Source of the DNA: an uncultured Bacteroidales bacterium
GTDB taxonomy: Bacteria; Bacteroidota; Bacteroidia; Bacteroidales; PUMT01
Direction of reading: 5' to 3'
DNA length: 64,000 nt
Assembly (NCBI GenBank): GCA_964421595.1
Contig: CAYQXY010000001.1
Span: 447 to 64,446 of the forward strand
Below, one piece after another: positions 41,822 through 52,185 of this stretch (its first letter is position 1; every line of letters begins with the position of its first letter). Under the pieces are notes generated by a model that was not told the origin of the DNA, did not search any database, and saw only the letters and a program-made list of their open reading frames with translations. The position numbers and the translations under genes were made by a program.

Positions 41822-41829
41822 CAAAGGTA
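41822..41829 (-). promoter_or_regulatory. Bacteroidota -7 promoter box of the rpsL superoperon
   Basis: TACCTTTG(C) on the minus strand ~45 nt upstream of the rpsL ATG. Confidence 0.7.
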
Positions 41830-42377
41830 TTCTTTTTTTTACAAAAACAATAAATTTTCATTAATATTTTAACTGAATTGTCTGGCGGCGGACCTTCATA
41901 TATAATATATAAAATGTGAATTCCACCCACAATATTAATAACATGCTTTCCTTGAAAAATTGGAATGAATTGATCCGGAAACCCTGGAATTTGAAATTTC
42001 AATTATTCAGAGAACGGCAAAAATAATAAAAAAGAAAAGGAGGTCATAATTTATATGTAAAAATTTAACCAATTTAAGCCATATATGCTCAATCTTTCAA
42101 AGGAAGAAGCCTGATTTCACTTTTACAGATATACACGGCACATTACAATAACAGCAATCCCCTGCACTATTTTGTATATATAATATTATATATCCTGAAG
42201 AAAATTCCCATTTCTTATAATATGTGCAAATCTGACGGACTGCTAATTGCCTTAAACCCGGCTGAATAGAAACCACCGCTGTATAAAGCCGGCAATGTGC
42301 AAAAGATGGCAAATCAGAGGTTTTCTGAACTTTCTTTCAAATAGTTACTAATCCATTGAATCTTGATTAAAAATTAT

Positions 42378-42385
42378 TACTTTTG
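42378..42385 (+). promoter_or_regulatory. Candidate -7 promoter box for fusA2
   Basis: TACTTTTG ~95 nt upstream of the ATG. Confidence 0.5.
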
Positions 42386-42479
42386 AAGTCATCAAAAATA
42401 AACAAGGTTTTATAGCTAATAATCAAAGCATTAAGCACAGACAAGGAATAAAAATAATCTACTAACTCAAGCCAAAGTA

Positions 42480-44636
42480 ATGAGAACTTATCAAACGGAT
42501 CAGTTAAAGAACATTGTGATTTGCGGAAATCCCAAATCGGGTAAAACGACCCTGGCAGAAGCAATGCTTTTTCGGGGTGGTGTAATTGAAAGAAGAGGAA
42601 CCATTGAAGCAAAAAACACTGTTTCTGACTATAATGAAATAGAGCACGAGAATGAAAACTCGGTATTTGCAACCGTTCTGTATACAGAATTTGCAGATAA
42701 AAAGATAAATATAATTGACGCTCCCGGACTGGATGACTTTTCGGGCGGACTAATTACTGCACTTCGTCCGGCAGATTCAGCCCTTGTCCTGATTAACGGA
42801 CAGCACGGCGTTGAAATAGGCACCGAGATCCAGGGGAGGCATCTTGAGTCCCATAATAAGCCTGTGATAATGGCTGTAAACCAGCTGGATCATGACAAGG
42901 CAAACTTCGATAAGGTTCTCGAATCCCTTAAGCTGAATTATGGCAATAAGGCTGTAATAATCCAGTATCCGGTCACCACTGGTGATGCCTTCAACAGTCT
43001 TGTCGATGTCATAAAAATGAAACTGTACAAATTTACCCCTGATGGAGGAGCTCCGGAAATTACCGATATCCCTGCCGATCAGATGGCAAGGGCTGAAGAA
43101 TTGAGAAATGAGCTTATAGAAGCTGCCGCCGAAAATGACGAGAGTCTGATGGAGACCTTTTTCGATAAAGGAACCCTTGAGGAGGAAGAAATGCTAAAGG
43201 GGATCAGGCTGGGAATTGGAAACAGGGATATGTTCCCCGTTTTATGTATTTCTGCCAAAAAGAATATGGGCGTGGGCAGGCTGCTTGAATTCATCAGTGA
43301 TGCAGCACCTTCACCCCATGAATCTGCACTTACTGCAACTAAAGACGGGGAAGAGATAAAATGCGACAAGTCTGCCCCTGCATCAGTTTTTGTTTTTAAG
43401 ACAAGTGTTGAGCAGCACATTGGCGAAATAAATTTCTTCAAGGTAATGTCCGGGGAAATTACTGAGAGTATGGACCTGGTTAATAATAAAACAGGAGCAA
43501 AGGAGAGGTTTTCACAACTGCTTGTTGTTGCAGGGAAAACCCGCAACAAGGTACCAAAACTTGTTGCAGGAGACATTGGGGCAACAGTTAAGCTTAAAAA
43601 CACCAAGGCCAACCAGACACTCACTGTATCGGGCGTATCATTTGAATTTATGCCTATAACATATCCTGAGCCAAAATACAGGACAGCAATAAAGGCCTTA
43701 AGCGAATCGGATGATGAGAAACTCGGAGAGGCCCTTACCAGAATGCATGACGAAGATCCGACAATCGTTATTGAATATTCAAAAGAGCTGAAACAGATAA
43801 TCGTTCACGGGCAGGGTGAGTATCATCTTAACATCCTTAAATGGCACCTGGATAATATTTACAAGATCGAAACAGAATTTTTAACGCCTAAAATTCCCTA
43901 CCGCGAAACCATTACGAAGCTGGCACAGGCAACCTACCGCCACAAAAAACAGTCAGGTGGTTCAGGCCAGTTTGGAGAGGTTCACATGGTTATTGAACCA
44001 TATGTGGAAGGTATGGCCGACCCGGTAAAATACAAGGTGAACGGCAAAGAGGTCAATGTATCGGTACGGGGCAAGGAGGAGCACGAATTACCCTGGGGAG
44101 GAATGATAATATACTATAACTGCATTGTAGGAGGTTCAATTGACGGAAGATTCCTGCCTGCAATCCTCAAGGGTATTATGGAGAAGATGGAGGAAGGCCC
44201 CCTGACCGGATCCTATGCCCGTGATATCAGGGTTGCCGTATATGACGGAAAGATGCACCCGGTTGATTCCAATGAGATATCATTCAGGCTAGCAGGAAGG
44301 AATGCTTTCAGGGAAGCTTTTAAAAATGCCGGCCCGAGAATCCTTGAGCCTATTTATGATGTTGAAGTACTGGTTCCTTCAGAGCGGATGGGTGATGTTA
44401 TGAGTGACCTTCAGGGTCGCAGGGCCATAATTGAGGGAATGACAAGCGAGAAGGGATTCGAAAAGATCAAGGCCAAGGTTCCCCTTGCGGAAATGGCCAA
44501 ATATTCAACGGCACTTAGCTCGCTGACAAATGGAAGGGCCACATATACCATGAAGATGGCAAAATATGAAGCAGTACCCGGCGACCTTCAGGACAAGCTT
44601 CTTAAGGCTTACGAAGCTGAACAGGAAGAAGAATAA
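42480..44636 (+). CDS. fusA2: Elongation factor G paralog EF-G2 (Bacteroides type, GTPase motifs degenerate)
   Basis: Full EF-G architecture but with GNPKSGKTT, DAPGLDDF and NQLD; domain IV insertion ending LPWGG. Confidence 0.92.
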   Translation: MRTYQTDQLKNIVICGNPKSGKTTLAEAMLFRGGVIERRGTIEAKNTVSDYNEIEHENENSVFATVLYTEFADKKINIIDAPGLDDFSGGLITALRPADSALVLINGQHGVEIGTEIQGRHLESHNKPVIMAVNQLDHDKANFDKVLESLKLNYGNKAVIIQYPVTTGDAFNSLVDVIKMKLYKFTPDGGAPEITDIPADQMARAEELRNELIEAAAENDESLMETFFDKGTLEEEEMLKGIRLGIGNRDMFPVLCISAKKNMGVGRLLEFISDAAPSPHESALTATKDGEEIKCDKSAPASVFVFKTSVEQHIGEINFFKVMSGEITESMDLVNNKTGAKERFSQLLVVAGKTRNKVPKLVAGDIGATVKLKNTKANQTLTVSGVSFEFMPITYPEPKYRTAIKALSESDDEKLGEALTRMHDEDPTIVIEYSKELKQIIVHGQGEYHLNILKWHLDNIYKIETEFLTPKIPYRETITKLAQATYRHKKQSGGSGQFGEVHMVIEPYVEGMADPVKYKVNGKEVNVSVRGKEEHELPWGGMIIYYNCIVGGSIDGRFLPAILKGIMEKMEEGPLTGSYARDIRVAVYDGKMHPVDSNEISFRLAGRNAFREAFKNAGPRILEPIYDVEVLVPSERMGDVMSDLQGRRAIIEGMTSEKGFEKIKAKVPLAEMAKYSTALSSLTNGRATYTMKMAKYEAVPGDLQDKLLKAYEAEQEEE

Positions 44637-44704
44637 TCCTTTCGGGGATAAAAACTTGCCGGTAATGCAAAAGGAACTGGCTCAATTTTAACTCAGACTA
44701 TTAT

Positions 44705-44730
44705 TAAAGCCTTCCCCCGGGGAGGCTTTA
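44705..44730. terminator. Bidirectional hairpin between the convergent fusA2 and mscS genes
   Basis: taaagccttccc-ccggggaggcttta. Confidence 0.7.
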
Positions 44731-44734
44731 TTAT

Positions 44735-45814
44735 TTATATACCGGACTGGTTACTGCTGGACATTTCCAGTCTTGCCTTGGGCAGGCACTGCGGATAATT
44801 ATCCTGTAGAAATGAGAGCAGTTTTTCGCGGACATGAACTCTTAGGTCCCATGCAGTAGAGGAATCGGCAGCACTTACAAGAACTCTGACCTCGATGGTC
44901 TTTTCGGTAGCATCGGTAACCTGCACTACCTTAACCTGTCCGTCCCATAAGGGATTTCCTTCCAGTATCCTGTCAAGTTCTTCCCTTACTTCATTGACCG
45001 GCAAAGTATAATCGGCATAAATAAACACTGAACCAAGTATCTCTGAAGTTGTACGTGTCCAGTTCTGGAAAGGCTTTTCTATGAAATAGGTGGTTGGAAG
45101 TACAAGCCTTCGCTTATCCCATATTGCAACCACCACGTAGGTAAGGTTAATCTCTTCTATCCTGCCCCATTCATTCTCAACAATTACGACATCGTCAAGT
45201 CTGATAGGCTGACTCAGGGCTATTTGTATGCCGGCCAGGATGGTCCCGATTGCTTTTTGTGCAGCAAAACCGATTATTATACCTGCTACGCCGGCTGAGG
45301 CTATAAGGCTGACACCAATTTTCCTGATACTTTCGAAAGACATTAATATCAACGACATCGCCACTACAATAATAAGGAACAGGATAATATTCTCCAGCAC
45401 CCTGAACTGGGTATAAATCTTTCTCGCCCTCAGGTTATCGGCATCTGTCATGTCGAACTTGCCAAGAACAAAATGTTTTATAAGATAAACAGCCTGAATA
45501 AGTATCCAGCTGACAAATATGATCACCATTATTGACATAAGATTGCCAAAAGGTTCGAGCGGACTGATTTCCTGATTAAAAAAAGAGGCTGGTATCACAA
45601 AAGAGAGAAAAACTAAAAGTAAAACCACCGGCAGCCGTATCTTTCTTCTCAGTAAGCTGAGCAATTCATAATCCTCTGTCCTTATCCATGAATTAATACT
45701 CCTGTTCAGCACCAGAAGCACCGTCAGCAATATTAAAAAAACAACTATGCTGCTAATCAAATAAGCAACAACGTAGTATTCACCATTTAAAAAACTGTCA
45801 AGATAGTCACCCAT
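44735..45814 (-). CDS. Small-conductance mechanosensitive channel family protein
   Basis: Motifs ASAGVAGIIIGFAAQK, QPIRLDDVVIVENEWGRIEEI and KPFQNWTR. Confidence 0.92.
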   Translation of the reverse strand: MGDYLDSFLNGEYYVVAYLISSIVVFLILLTVLLVLNRSINSWIRTEDYELLSLLRRKIRLPVVLLLVFLSFVIPASFFNQEISPLEPFGNLMSIMVIIFVSWILIQAVYLIKHFVLGKFDMTDADNLRARKIYTQFRVLENIILFLIIVVAMSLILMSFESIRKIGVSLIASAGVAGIIIGFAAQKAIGTILAGIQIALSQPIRLDDVVIVENEWGRIEEINLTYVVVAIWDKRRLVLPTTYFIEKPFQNWTRTTSEILGSVFIYADYTLPVNEVREELDRILEGNPLWDGQVKVVQVTDATEKTIEVRVLVSAADSSTAWDLRVHVREKLLSFLQDNYPQCLPKARLEMSSSNQSGI

Positions 45815-45843
45815 AAATTCCGTTTTATTATGGCCGGCAGCAT

Positions 45844-47052
45844 TTACCGCCCCCTGTAAAGATAGAGAGGCCCCTTGAATTCATACTCCCTGTCATCCCA
45901 GCCACGTCCTGTTACAACATAAAAGTATACCCCGGGCGTGAAAGTTCCGCCATCAGAAATTCCATCCCAGCCAATTGCCGGATCCCTGCTTTCATGAACC
46001 TTTTTTCCGTACCGGTTAAATATCACGGCATGGTATTCCCTGAGTGAAACAGCACGTACAAGGAAGGCATCATTATATCCGTCTCCGTTGGGAGTGAATA
46101 CATTAGGCACTTCCAGCTCAGAAGGATAAACTCTTACAGGTTCGGGATCGCTGAAGAAGTCATCACACAGACCTGCAACTGTTCGCAATGTCACATAATA
46201 CTCGCCAGGGATATAATATGTATGCACCGGGGTTTCTGAATTATCATCAGGTGAATCAGGAATGATCAGATCACCCGGCTTATAATCGAAGTACCATTGA
46301 TATTCAGAGGCATTCAGAGACTCACCAGCATTAAATGCGACCTCCAGGGGTGCCTCACCCTCCCTGACATCTGGTTGAAATGCTGCCTTTGTCGTAACTG
46401 GAGATTCGGTTATTGAATAGCTTGTTTCATTCGAATAATAAACTACTGTAAGGGTATATTCAGTCTCAACGGGAGGCGGATCCCAGATACGCGGATCAAG
46501 CCTGGAAGTGGAAATGGGTATAAATGGTTCGGCCGTCCAGGAGAATTCATAATCTGAAGGTAACGTGTATTCTGAGTTGTCACGTGGGTCATAATAGCTG
46601 TAAGTTTCGACATTAACAACCCCCCGGAGGTCAATTACTGTACAGTCGTGTCTTACCACCTCCAGGCTTGCTGACGGATTGTTTATAAAAACCCATGCCC
46701 GGAAGAGTGTGTCGAGGTCTTCGCCATTACGTATCCTTACCTGGTAACCTCCGTCTGAAAGGTTTGTAACATTGGAGACCGATCCCTGATCGGTGGCAAA
46801 CGGATCTTCATATCCGGGAATGCCGGGATTATAAACTGACCACTCAAAGTTAAGATCACCGGGTACTTCATCAAACGATGCAGTCAGACTTCCCCCTGAA
46901 ACGGAATAAATGTAAATCTTTTCATTGAATGATGCACCCTGGAATTCTGTTTCTTCAACAGCTGCATGTCCCGTTGATACTATCTGCGACTGCAATTTTG
47001 AAGGCCAGAAACAGATGAACAGGATAATGAAAAACAGTGCCGGGAGGTTCAT
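45844..47052 (-). CDS. Exported PKD-domain protein with a gliding-motility/T9SS type-B C-terminal sorting domain (CHU_C)
   Basis: Signal peptide; PKD-like GEAPLEVAF..YQWYF..PVHTYYIPGEYYVTL; C-terminal VPNVFTPNGDGYND..IFNRYGK..WDG..GVYFY..G.LYLYR. Start set at MNLPAL. Confidence 0.88.
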   Translation of the reverse strand: MNLPALFFIILFICFWPSKLQSQIVSTGHAAVEETEFQGASFNEKIYIYSVSGGSLTASFDEVPGDLNFEWSVYNPGIPGYEDPFATDQGSVSNVTNLSDGGYQVRIRNGEDLDTLFRAWVFINNPSASLEVVRHDCTVIDLRGVVNVETYSYYDPRDNSEYTLPSDYEFSWTAEPFIPISTSRLDPRIWDPPPVETEYTLTVVYYSNETSYSITESPVTTKAAFQPDVREGEAPLEVAFNAGESLNASEYQWYFDYKPGDLIIPDSPDDNSETPVHTYYIPGEYYVTLRTVAGLCDDFFSDPEPVRVYPSELEVPNVFTPNGDGYNDAFLVRAVSLREYHAVIFNRYGKKVHESRDPAIGWDGISDGGTFTPGVYFYVVTGRGWDDREYEFKGPLYLYRGR

Positions 47053-47477
47053 CCGAATAAAATTAATTATCATACTAATATAAGCAAATTTATATTTCAC
47101 CAAAATCAGATGCTATATATGGATCAACCGCGCTAAATCCGATACACCCTGTGTGATCAGAGTTTTGTCTTGCCCGTCGTGCGCATCATACAGATCATTG
47201 TATTCAGGTGTTACAGTCTGCATCCCGCCTGATATGCAGTAAGGTGATATCATGAACGGTTTCAACAGCAGATTAAGTATCACATGGCTTGCAGAATGTG
47301 AAGCTTATACATTCTGTCCGGGAAAAAATTCAATTAATTGTCAAAAATATCAATTCTTTTGTAAAACACCACATGTTGATAAATTGGTTCCTTTTGAAGT
47401 TGGAGAAACGGATTGAAGAGGGTAATTTTACGGACTTCATTATTATTAATATTTTCAGAAATCATAATAAATTAAGG

Positions 47478-49871
47478 GTGGGTGACTTTCTCAATGAATT
47501 GAATGATGTGCAGAGGGAAGCTGTGCAGGAATATAACGGGCCCGGACTGATTATTGCAGGAGCCGGATCCGGCAAGACCCGCGTGCTGATATACAGGATT
47601 GCCTGGATTCTTAAACAGGGCATACCTGCCTCATCAATCCTTGCCCTGACCTTTACAAATAAGGCTGCCAGTGAGATGAAGGAACGTATAAGCATCCTCG
47701 TTGGCACGGAAATATCAAAGTATCTGTGGATGGGAACTTTCCACTCTATATTTGCAAGGATACTTCGTGTTGAATCAGCTCACGCCGGTTACACATCCAA
47801 TTTCACCATATATGACACTCAGGATTCAAAAAGTGTTATAAAGGCAATTATTAAAGAGTTGATGCTTGATGAGCAGATATATAAGCCCGGTGAAGTTTTT
47901 GGGAGGATCTCCTCTGCAAAGAACAACCTTATCAGCGCAGGAGCTTACGCTGCAAATACAAGGATAACAGCAGAAGACGCCAGGAACAGGAAACCAGCAA
48001 TAGCCGATATATTCAGGATTTACCAGTCCCGCTGCCGGGCAGCAGATGCAATGGACTTCGACGATCTTTTGCTTAACACAAATATACTTTTCCGGGATGT
48101 ACCTGAAGTACTGAAGAAATATCAGGATATGTTCAGGTATATACTGGTAGACGAATATCAGGATACAAATTACGCGCAATATCTTATAGTATCGAAACTT
48201 TCTTATAAACACAAGAATATAAGCGTAGTAGGTGATGATGCGCAAAGTATATATTCTTTCAGGGGGGCAAGGATAGAAAACATCCTTAACTTTAAAAATG
48301 ATTACCCCGGTCACAAGACCTTTAAGCTGGAACAGAATTATCGTTCCACAAAGAACATTGTGAATGCTGCCAATAGCCTGATAGCCAGAAATAAGGGACA
48401 AATACCAAAAAAAGTATGGTCGGCAAAAGAAGCCGGGGAAAAACTCAGGGTACTGCAATGTCCAACCGATCTTGAAGAAGGGAAAGTCATAGCAGGTTTA
48501 ATAGCAGACAAGAAAATGTCAGCCCGTTGTGATTATGCAGATTTTGCTGTTTTATACAGGACAAATGCACAGTCGCGTATATTTGAAGAAGCATTGCGGC
48601 GCCGTGGAATTCCCTACAAGGTATATGGAAGCCTTTCATTTTATCAGCGTAAGGAGATCAAGGATCTGCTTGCATATTTCAGGTTTACTGTAAATAACCT
48701 CGATCAGGAAGCTTTTAACCGTATAATCAATTATCCTGCACGTGGGATTGGAAAGACAACCACCGACAAGCTTACAGCCTGGTCCAACAATCATGGAGTC
48801 AGCTGCTGGGAAATAATTTCCAATATTGAAAAACACCGGGCTGCACTTGACATAAATAAAGGTACAGCAGCTAAGCTGGCATCGTTTGGCCGGCTAATGC
48901 AGGGATTTTCACTAAAGGCTCCGGAAGACGATGCATGGAGTCTCGCTATCCATATTGCCACTGCTTCAGGTATTTTAAAAGACCTGTTTGATCCCAATTC
49001 AACTGAAAATATTGCCAAGTACGAAAATATCCAGGAACTGCTCAACGCTGTAAAGGAATTTACACGGCAGCAGGAAGAGGCTGGAGAGAGTGCATCCCTG
49101 ACTACCTTTTTGCAGACTGTTTCGCTTCTTTCAGACGCAGATACTGAAAAACCAGACGACCGTGACAAGGTTACCCTCATGACAATCCACTCGGCCAAAG
49201 GGCTGGAATTTGACCATATATTTATCGGGGGACTGGAAGAGGAGCTATTCCCAAATAAATTTTCCGCAGCCTCTGAAACAGAGCTGGAAGAAGAACGGAG
49301 GTTGTTTTACGTTGCAATAACCCGGGCAGGATCTACTGCAACGATTTCCCATGCACAATCGCGCTACCGCTGGGGAGTACCAACAATGTGCAGACCAAGC
49401 AGGTTCATCTCTGAAATTGATGCTCAATTCATTGAAATTCCCGAGCCAGAGCTGCATGGCAGTGAGTTGGCCGATCATTCGGTCAATGTTAACGGACCGG
49501 GGTTTTCAGAAAGTCAGAATAAGATTTATTCGGGGAAAACAGGAAACAGATTCCATACAAAACAATCCGATAAACCTGCTGAAACTGTCAAGCCTCTGAT
49601 CCAAAGAAAAAGACTCACCCGCATAGATCAGGGAGGCGGAAGCAAAAATGCAGCTGTTTCCGGTTATAGTTCAGAAGAAAGAAAACCGGCCACCGACAAC
49701 CAGTCGGCTCTGCAAACCGGAATGATCGTAGAGCACGAAAGATTCGGACGGGGCAGGATCACTGCTATCGAGGGTGATTCGCCGAATACAAAGGCTACGG
49801 TCCTGTTTACAACATCAGGTCAGAAACACTTACTGCTGAAATTTGCAAAACTCAAAATCATTAATCCCTGA
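47478..49871 (+). CDS. pcrA: ATP-dependent DNA helicase PcrA/UvrD
   Basis: Motifs AGAGSGKTRV, LVDEYQDTN, VGDDAQSIYSFRGA, LEQNYRS, MTIHSAKGLEF and EEERRLFYVAITRA; Tudor-like C-terminus. Start reassigned to GTG 47478. Confidence 0.93.
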   Translation: MGDFLNELNDVQREAVQEYNGPGLIIAGAGSGKTRVLIYRIAWILKQGIPASSILALTFTNKAASEMKERISILVGTEISKYLWMGTFHSIFARILRVESAHAGYTSNFTIYDTQDSKSVIKAIIKELMLDEQIYKPGEVFGRISSAKNNLISAGAYAANTRITAEDARNRKPAIADIFRIYQSRCRAADAMDFDDLLLNTNILFRDVPEVLKKYQDMFRYILVDEYQDTNYAQYLIVSKLSYKHKNISVVGDDAQSIYSFRGARIENILNFKNDYPGHKTFKLEQNYRSTKNIVNAANSLIARNKGQIPKKVWSAKEAGEKLRVLQCPTDLEEGKVIAGLIADKKMSARCDYADFAVLYRTNAQSRIFEEALRRRGIPYKVYGSLSFYQRKEIKDLLAYFRFTVNNLDQEAFNRIINYPARGIGKTTTDKLTAWSNNHGVSCWEIISNIEKHRAALDINKGTAAKLASFGRLMQGFSLKAPEDDAWSLAIHIATASGILKDLFDPNSTENIAKYENIQELLNAVKEFTRQQEEAGESASLTTFLQTVSLLSDADTEKPDDRDKVTLMTIHSAKGLEFDHIFIGGLEEELFPNKFSAASETELEEERRLFYVAITRAGSTATISHAQSRYRWGVPTMCRPSRFISEIDAQFIEIPEPELHGSELADHSVNVNGPGFSESQNKIYSGKTGNRFHTKQSDKPAETVKPLIQRKRLTRIDQGGGSKNAAVSGYSSEERKPATDNQSALQTGMIVEHERFGRGRITAIEGDSPNTKATVLFTTSGQKHLLLKFAKLKIINP

Positions 49872-50127
49872 ATCTTTGCCTATGCTTCACTAAAGGTCCA
49901 TAAAACCCTGGGCCATATTCTTTCCCATCATACAGCCTTCCGGAGTTATAGTGCCCTGAACCAGCACCTAACCATACTGTATTGTCGTTAGAGCCACTGA
50001 AAGAACAGCACTTGTGCATAGAATAATTGATAAAATCTCAATATATATGTGGAGAATAATACCGTGTATGCTGAAGCCATGTGATATAAATAAAACCACA
50101 AAAACTAATTTTTAATCAGATATTTAG

Positions 50128-50135
50128 TAATTTTG
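50128..50135 (+). promoter_or_regulatory. Bacteroidota -7 promoter box (DUF4290-murA)
   Basis: TAATTTTG ~20 nt before the ATG. Confidence 0.55.
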
Positions 50136-50154
50136 TAAAAAAGAATAAGTCAAT

Positions 50155-50769
50155 ATGACAGAAGATTATAACACTGAAAGAGAAAAAATGGCGATTCCTG
50201 AATATGGCAGGAATATCCACAAGATGGTAGAACATATATCAACCATTGAAGACAAGGAAGAAAGAAACAAGGCAGCCAGAACCATTATTTCCATAATGGG
50301 GAATATGAATCCCCATCTGCGAGACATTAATGATTTCAAACATAAATTGTGGGATCACCTGGCAATTATATCAAATTTTAAACTTGATATTGACTCGCCT
50401 TATGAGCCTCCGGCTTTGGAGACCCTTATCGAAAAACCAAAAATTGTTCCCTATAACACATATCCTATTCGCTGGAAACATTATGGCAGGATCCTTGAAC
50501 AAATGATAAAGGCAGCTACTGAACTTGAGGAAGGCGAAAAGAAGGAAGCACTTATTCATCTGATAGCCAACCACATGAAAAAAAGCTACCTGATATGGAA
50601 CAGAAATCAGGTTACCGATGAGATTATCTATCATGATCTGAAGGAGCTCTCCGGCGGACAAATAGACAGAGGTGCGGAAATGAGGTTATCAGAATCAAAG
50701 GAGATCCTTTCAAGAACCAAAAAGAAAAAAGCCCCGAGAAAATTCATTCCGAAACACGGATTAAGATAG
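50155..50769 (+). CDS. DUF4290-family protein
   Basis: Motifs YNT.R....PEYGRNI, HKLWDHL..IS.FKLDIDSPY and IANHMKKSY..WN; habitual neighbour of murA in Bacteroidota. Confidence 0.85.
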   Translation: MTEDYNTEREKMAIPEYGRNIHKMVEHISTIEDKEERNKAARTIISIMGNMNPHLRDINDFKHKLWDHLAIISNFKLDIDSPYEPPALETLIEKPKIVPYNTYPIRWKHYGRILEQMIKAATELEEGEKKEALIHLIANHMKKSYLIWNRNQVTDEIIYHDLKELSGGQIDRGAEMRLSESKEILSRTKKKKAPRKFIPKHGLR

Positions 50770-50796
50770 TACTCATAATGCTAACTTCTTATCAAT

Positions 50797-52104
50797 ATGT
50801 CATCATTCGAGATCGAAGGTGGTTATCCGCTTAAAGGAGAACTAACCGCACAGGGAGCGAAGAACGAAGCTCTGCAGATAATATCTGCGACACTTCTTAC
50901 ATCAGAAAAGGTAACTATAAGTAACATCCCCGACATTCTCGATGTAACCCGTCTCATTGAACTGCTAATGCATCTCGGGGTACAGGTAACCAGGCCGGCA
51001 CCGGGTGTTTATGAATTTCAGGCTGACAGAGTGGATCCTGAATACCTGCTTACTGATGACTTCCGGATCAGGGCAGCCGGGTTAAGAGGCTCCGTTATGA
51101 TAATAGGGCCGCTGATTGCAAGATTTGGAATTGCATATATGCCTAAGCCAGGCGGCGACAAGATCGGACGCAGGAGACTGGACACACATTTTTTCGGGTT
51201 CATGAAACTTGGGGCAAAATTTGACTATGATTCCAAACAAGGTTTCTACAGGGTCGAAGGAAAAGATCTGAAGGGTGCATACATGCTTCTTGATGAAGCT
51301 TCGGTAACGGGTACAGCAAATATTGTGATGGCAGCTTCACTTGCTGAAGGTATCACTACTATCTATAATGCTGCATGCGAACCTTACCTTCAGCAGTTAT
51401 GTAAAATGCTTAACAGCATGGGAGCCAGGATAAGCGGTATTGGTTCGAATCTTCTTACCATAGAAGGAGTTAAGGAACTATCCGGCACCAGCCACAGGAT
51501 TCTGCCAGACATGATAGAGATCGGCAGTTTTATAGGTATGGCCGCAATGACCGAATCGGAAATCACAATAAAAAATGTTTCCTATGATAATCTCGGATTA
51601 ATTCCCGAAGCATTCAGGCGACTTGGAATTAAACTGGAGAGACGGGATGACGACATTTATATTCCTGCACAGTCAAACTATGAAATTGACACTTATATTG
51701 ATGGTTCAATTATGACCATTGCCGATGCAATATGGCCCGGCCTCACTCCCGACCTTCTGAGTGTATTTCTTGTTGTAGCCACTCAGGCAAAAGGAAGTGT
51801 CCTTATACATCAGAAAATGTTCGAAAGCAGGCTGTTCTTTGTTGATAAGCTAATGGACATGGGTGCCCAGATCATACTTTGCGACCCACACAGGGCCACA
51901 GTAATAGGGTTAAACAAACAATTCAGACTCAGAGGCATGAATATGGTTTCCCCCGATATTCGTGCGGGTGTTGCACTTTTGATAGCTGCGATGTCGGCCG
52001 AAGGAAAAAGTATAATAAACAATATCGAACAAATAGACAGAGGATATCAGAATATTGATGAACGACTCAACAGGATAGGTGCAAGAATCAAAAGAGTACA
52101 CTGA
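50797..52104 (+). CDS. murA: UDP-N-acetylglucosamine 1-carboxyvinyltransferase
   Basis: Motifs GAKNEAL, PGGDKIGRR, SVTGTANI, MFESR, DIRAG and IDRGY. Confidence 0.97.
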   Translation: MSSFEIEGGYPLKGELTAQGAKNEALQIISATLLTSEKVTISNIPDILDVTRLIELLMHLGVQVTRPAPGVYEFQADRVDPEYLLTDDFRIRAAGLRGSVMIIGPLIARFGIAYMPKPGGDKIGRRRLDTHFFGFMKLGAKFDYDSKQGFYRVEGKDLKGAYMLLDEASVTGTANIVMAASLAEGITTIYNAACEPYLQQLCKMLNSMGARISGIGSNLLTIEGVKELSGTSHRILPDMIEIGSFIGMAAMTESEITIKNVSYDNLGLIPEAFRRLGIKLERRDDDIYIPAQSNYEIDTYIDGSIMTIADAIWPGLTPDLLSVFLVVATQAKGSVLIHQKMFESRLFFVDKLMDMGAQIILCDPHRATVIGLNKQFRLRGMNMVSPDIRAGVALLIAAMSAEGKSIINNIEQIDRGYQNIDERLNRIGARIKRVH

Positions 52105-52185
52105 CCAGCTATAATTTCCAGGATTAATGACTTAAAAAATTTATAGTTATATTTGCAGAATATTAAAATTAAAAAAACTGCAAAG

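Noticed and set aside
42038-42066. dif-like ggaggtcataa-tttata-tgtaaaaattt
   Set aside because: Poor XerD arm in AT-rich DNA, and a ribosomal superoperon is an unlikely terminus neighbour.
42135-42146. 12-bp match (acggcacattac) to the inverted-repeat sequence at 2878-2889
   Set aside because: A single 12-mer match to a 67-bp query is plausible by chance in 64 kb, and the match does not extend.
47104-47477. Possible ncRNA in the long spacer before pcrA (also 49872-50154)
   Set aside because: Only short isolated hairpins; no tRNA, riboswitch or other RNA family recognisable by eye.
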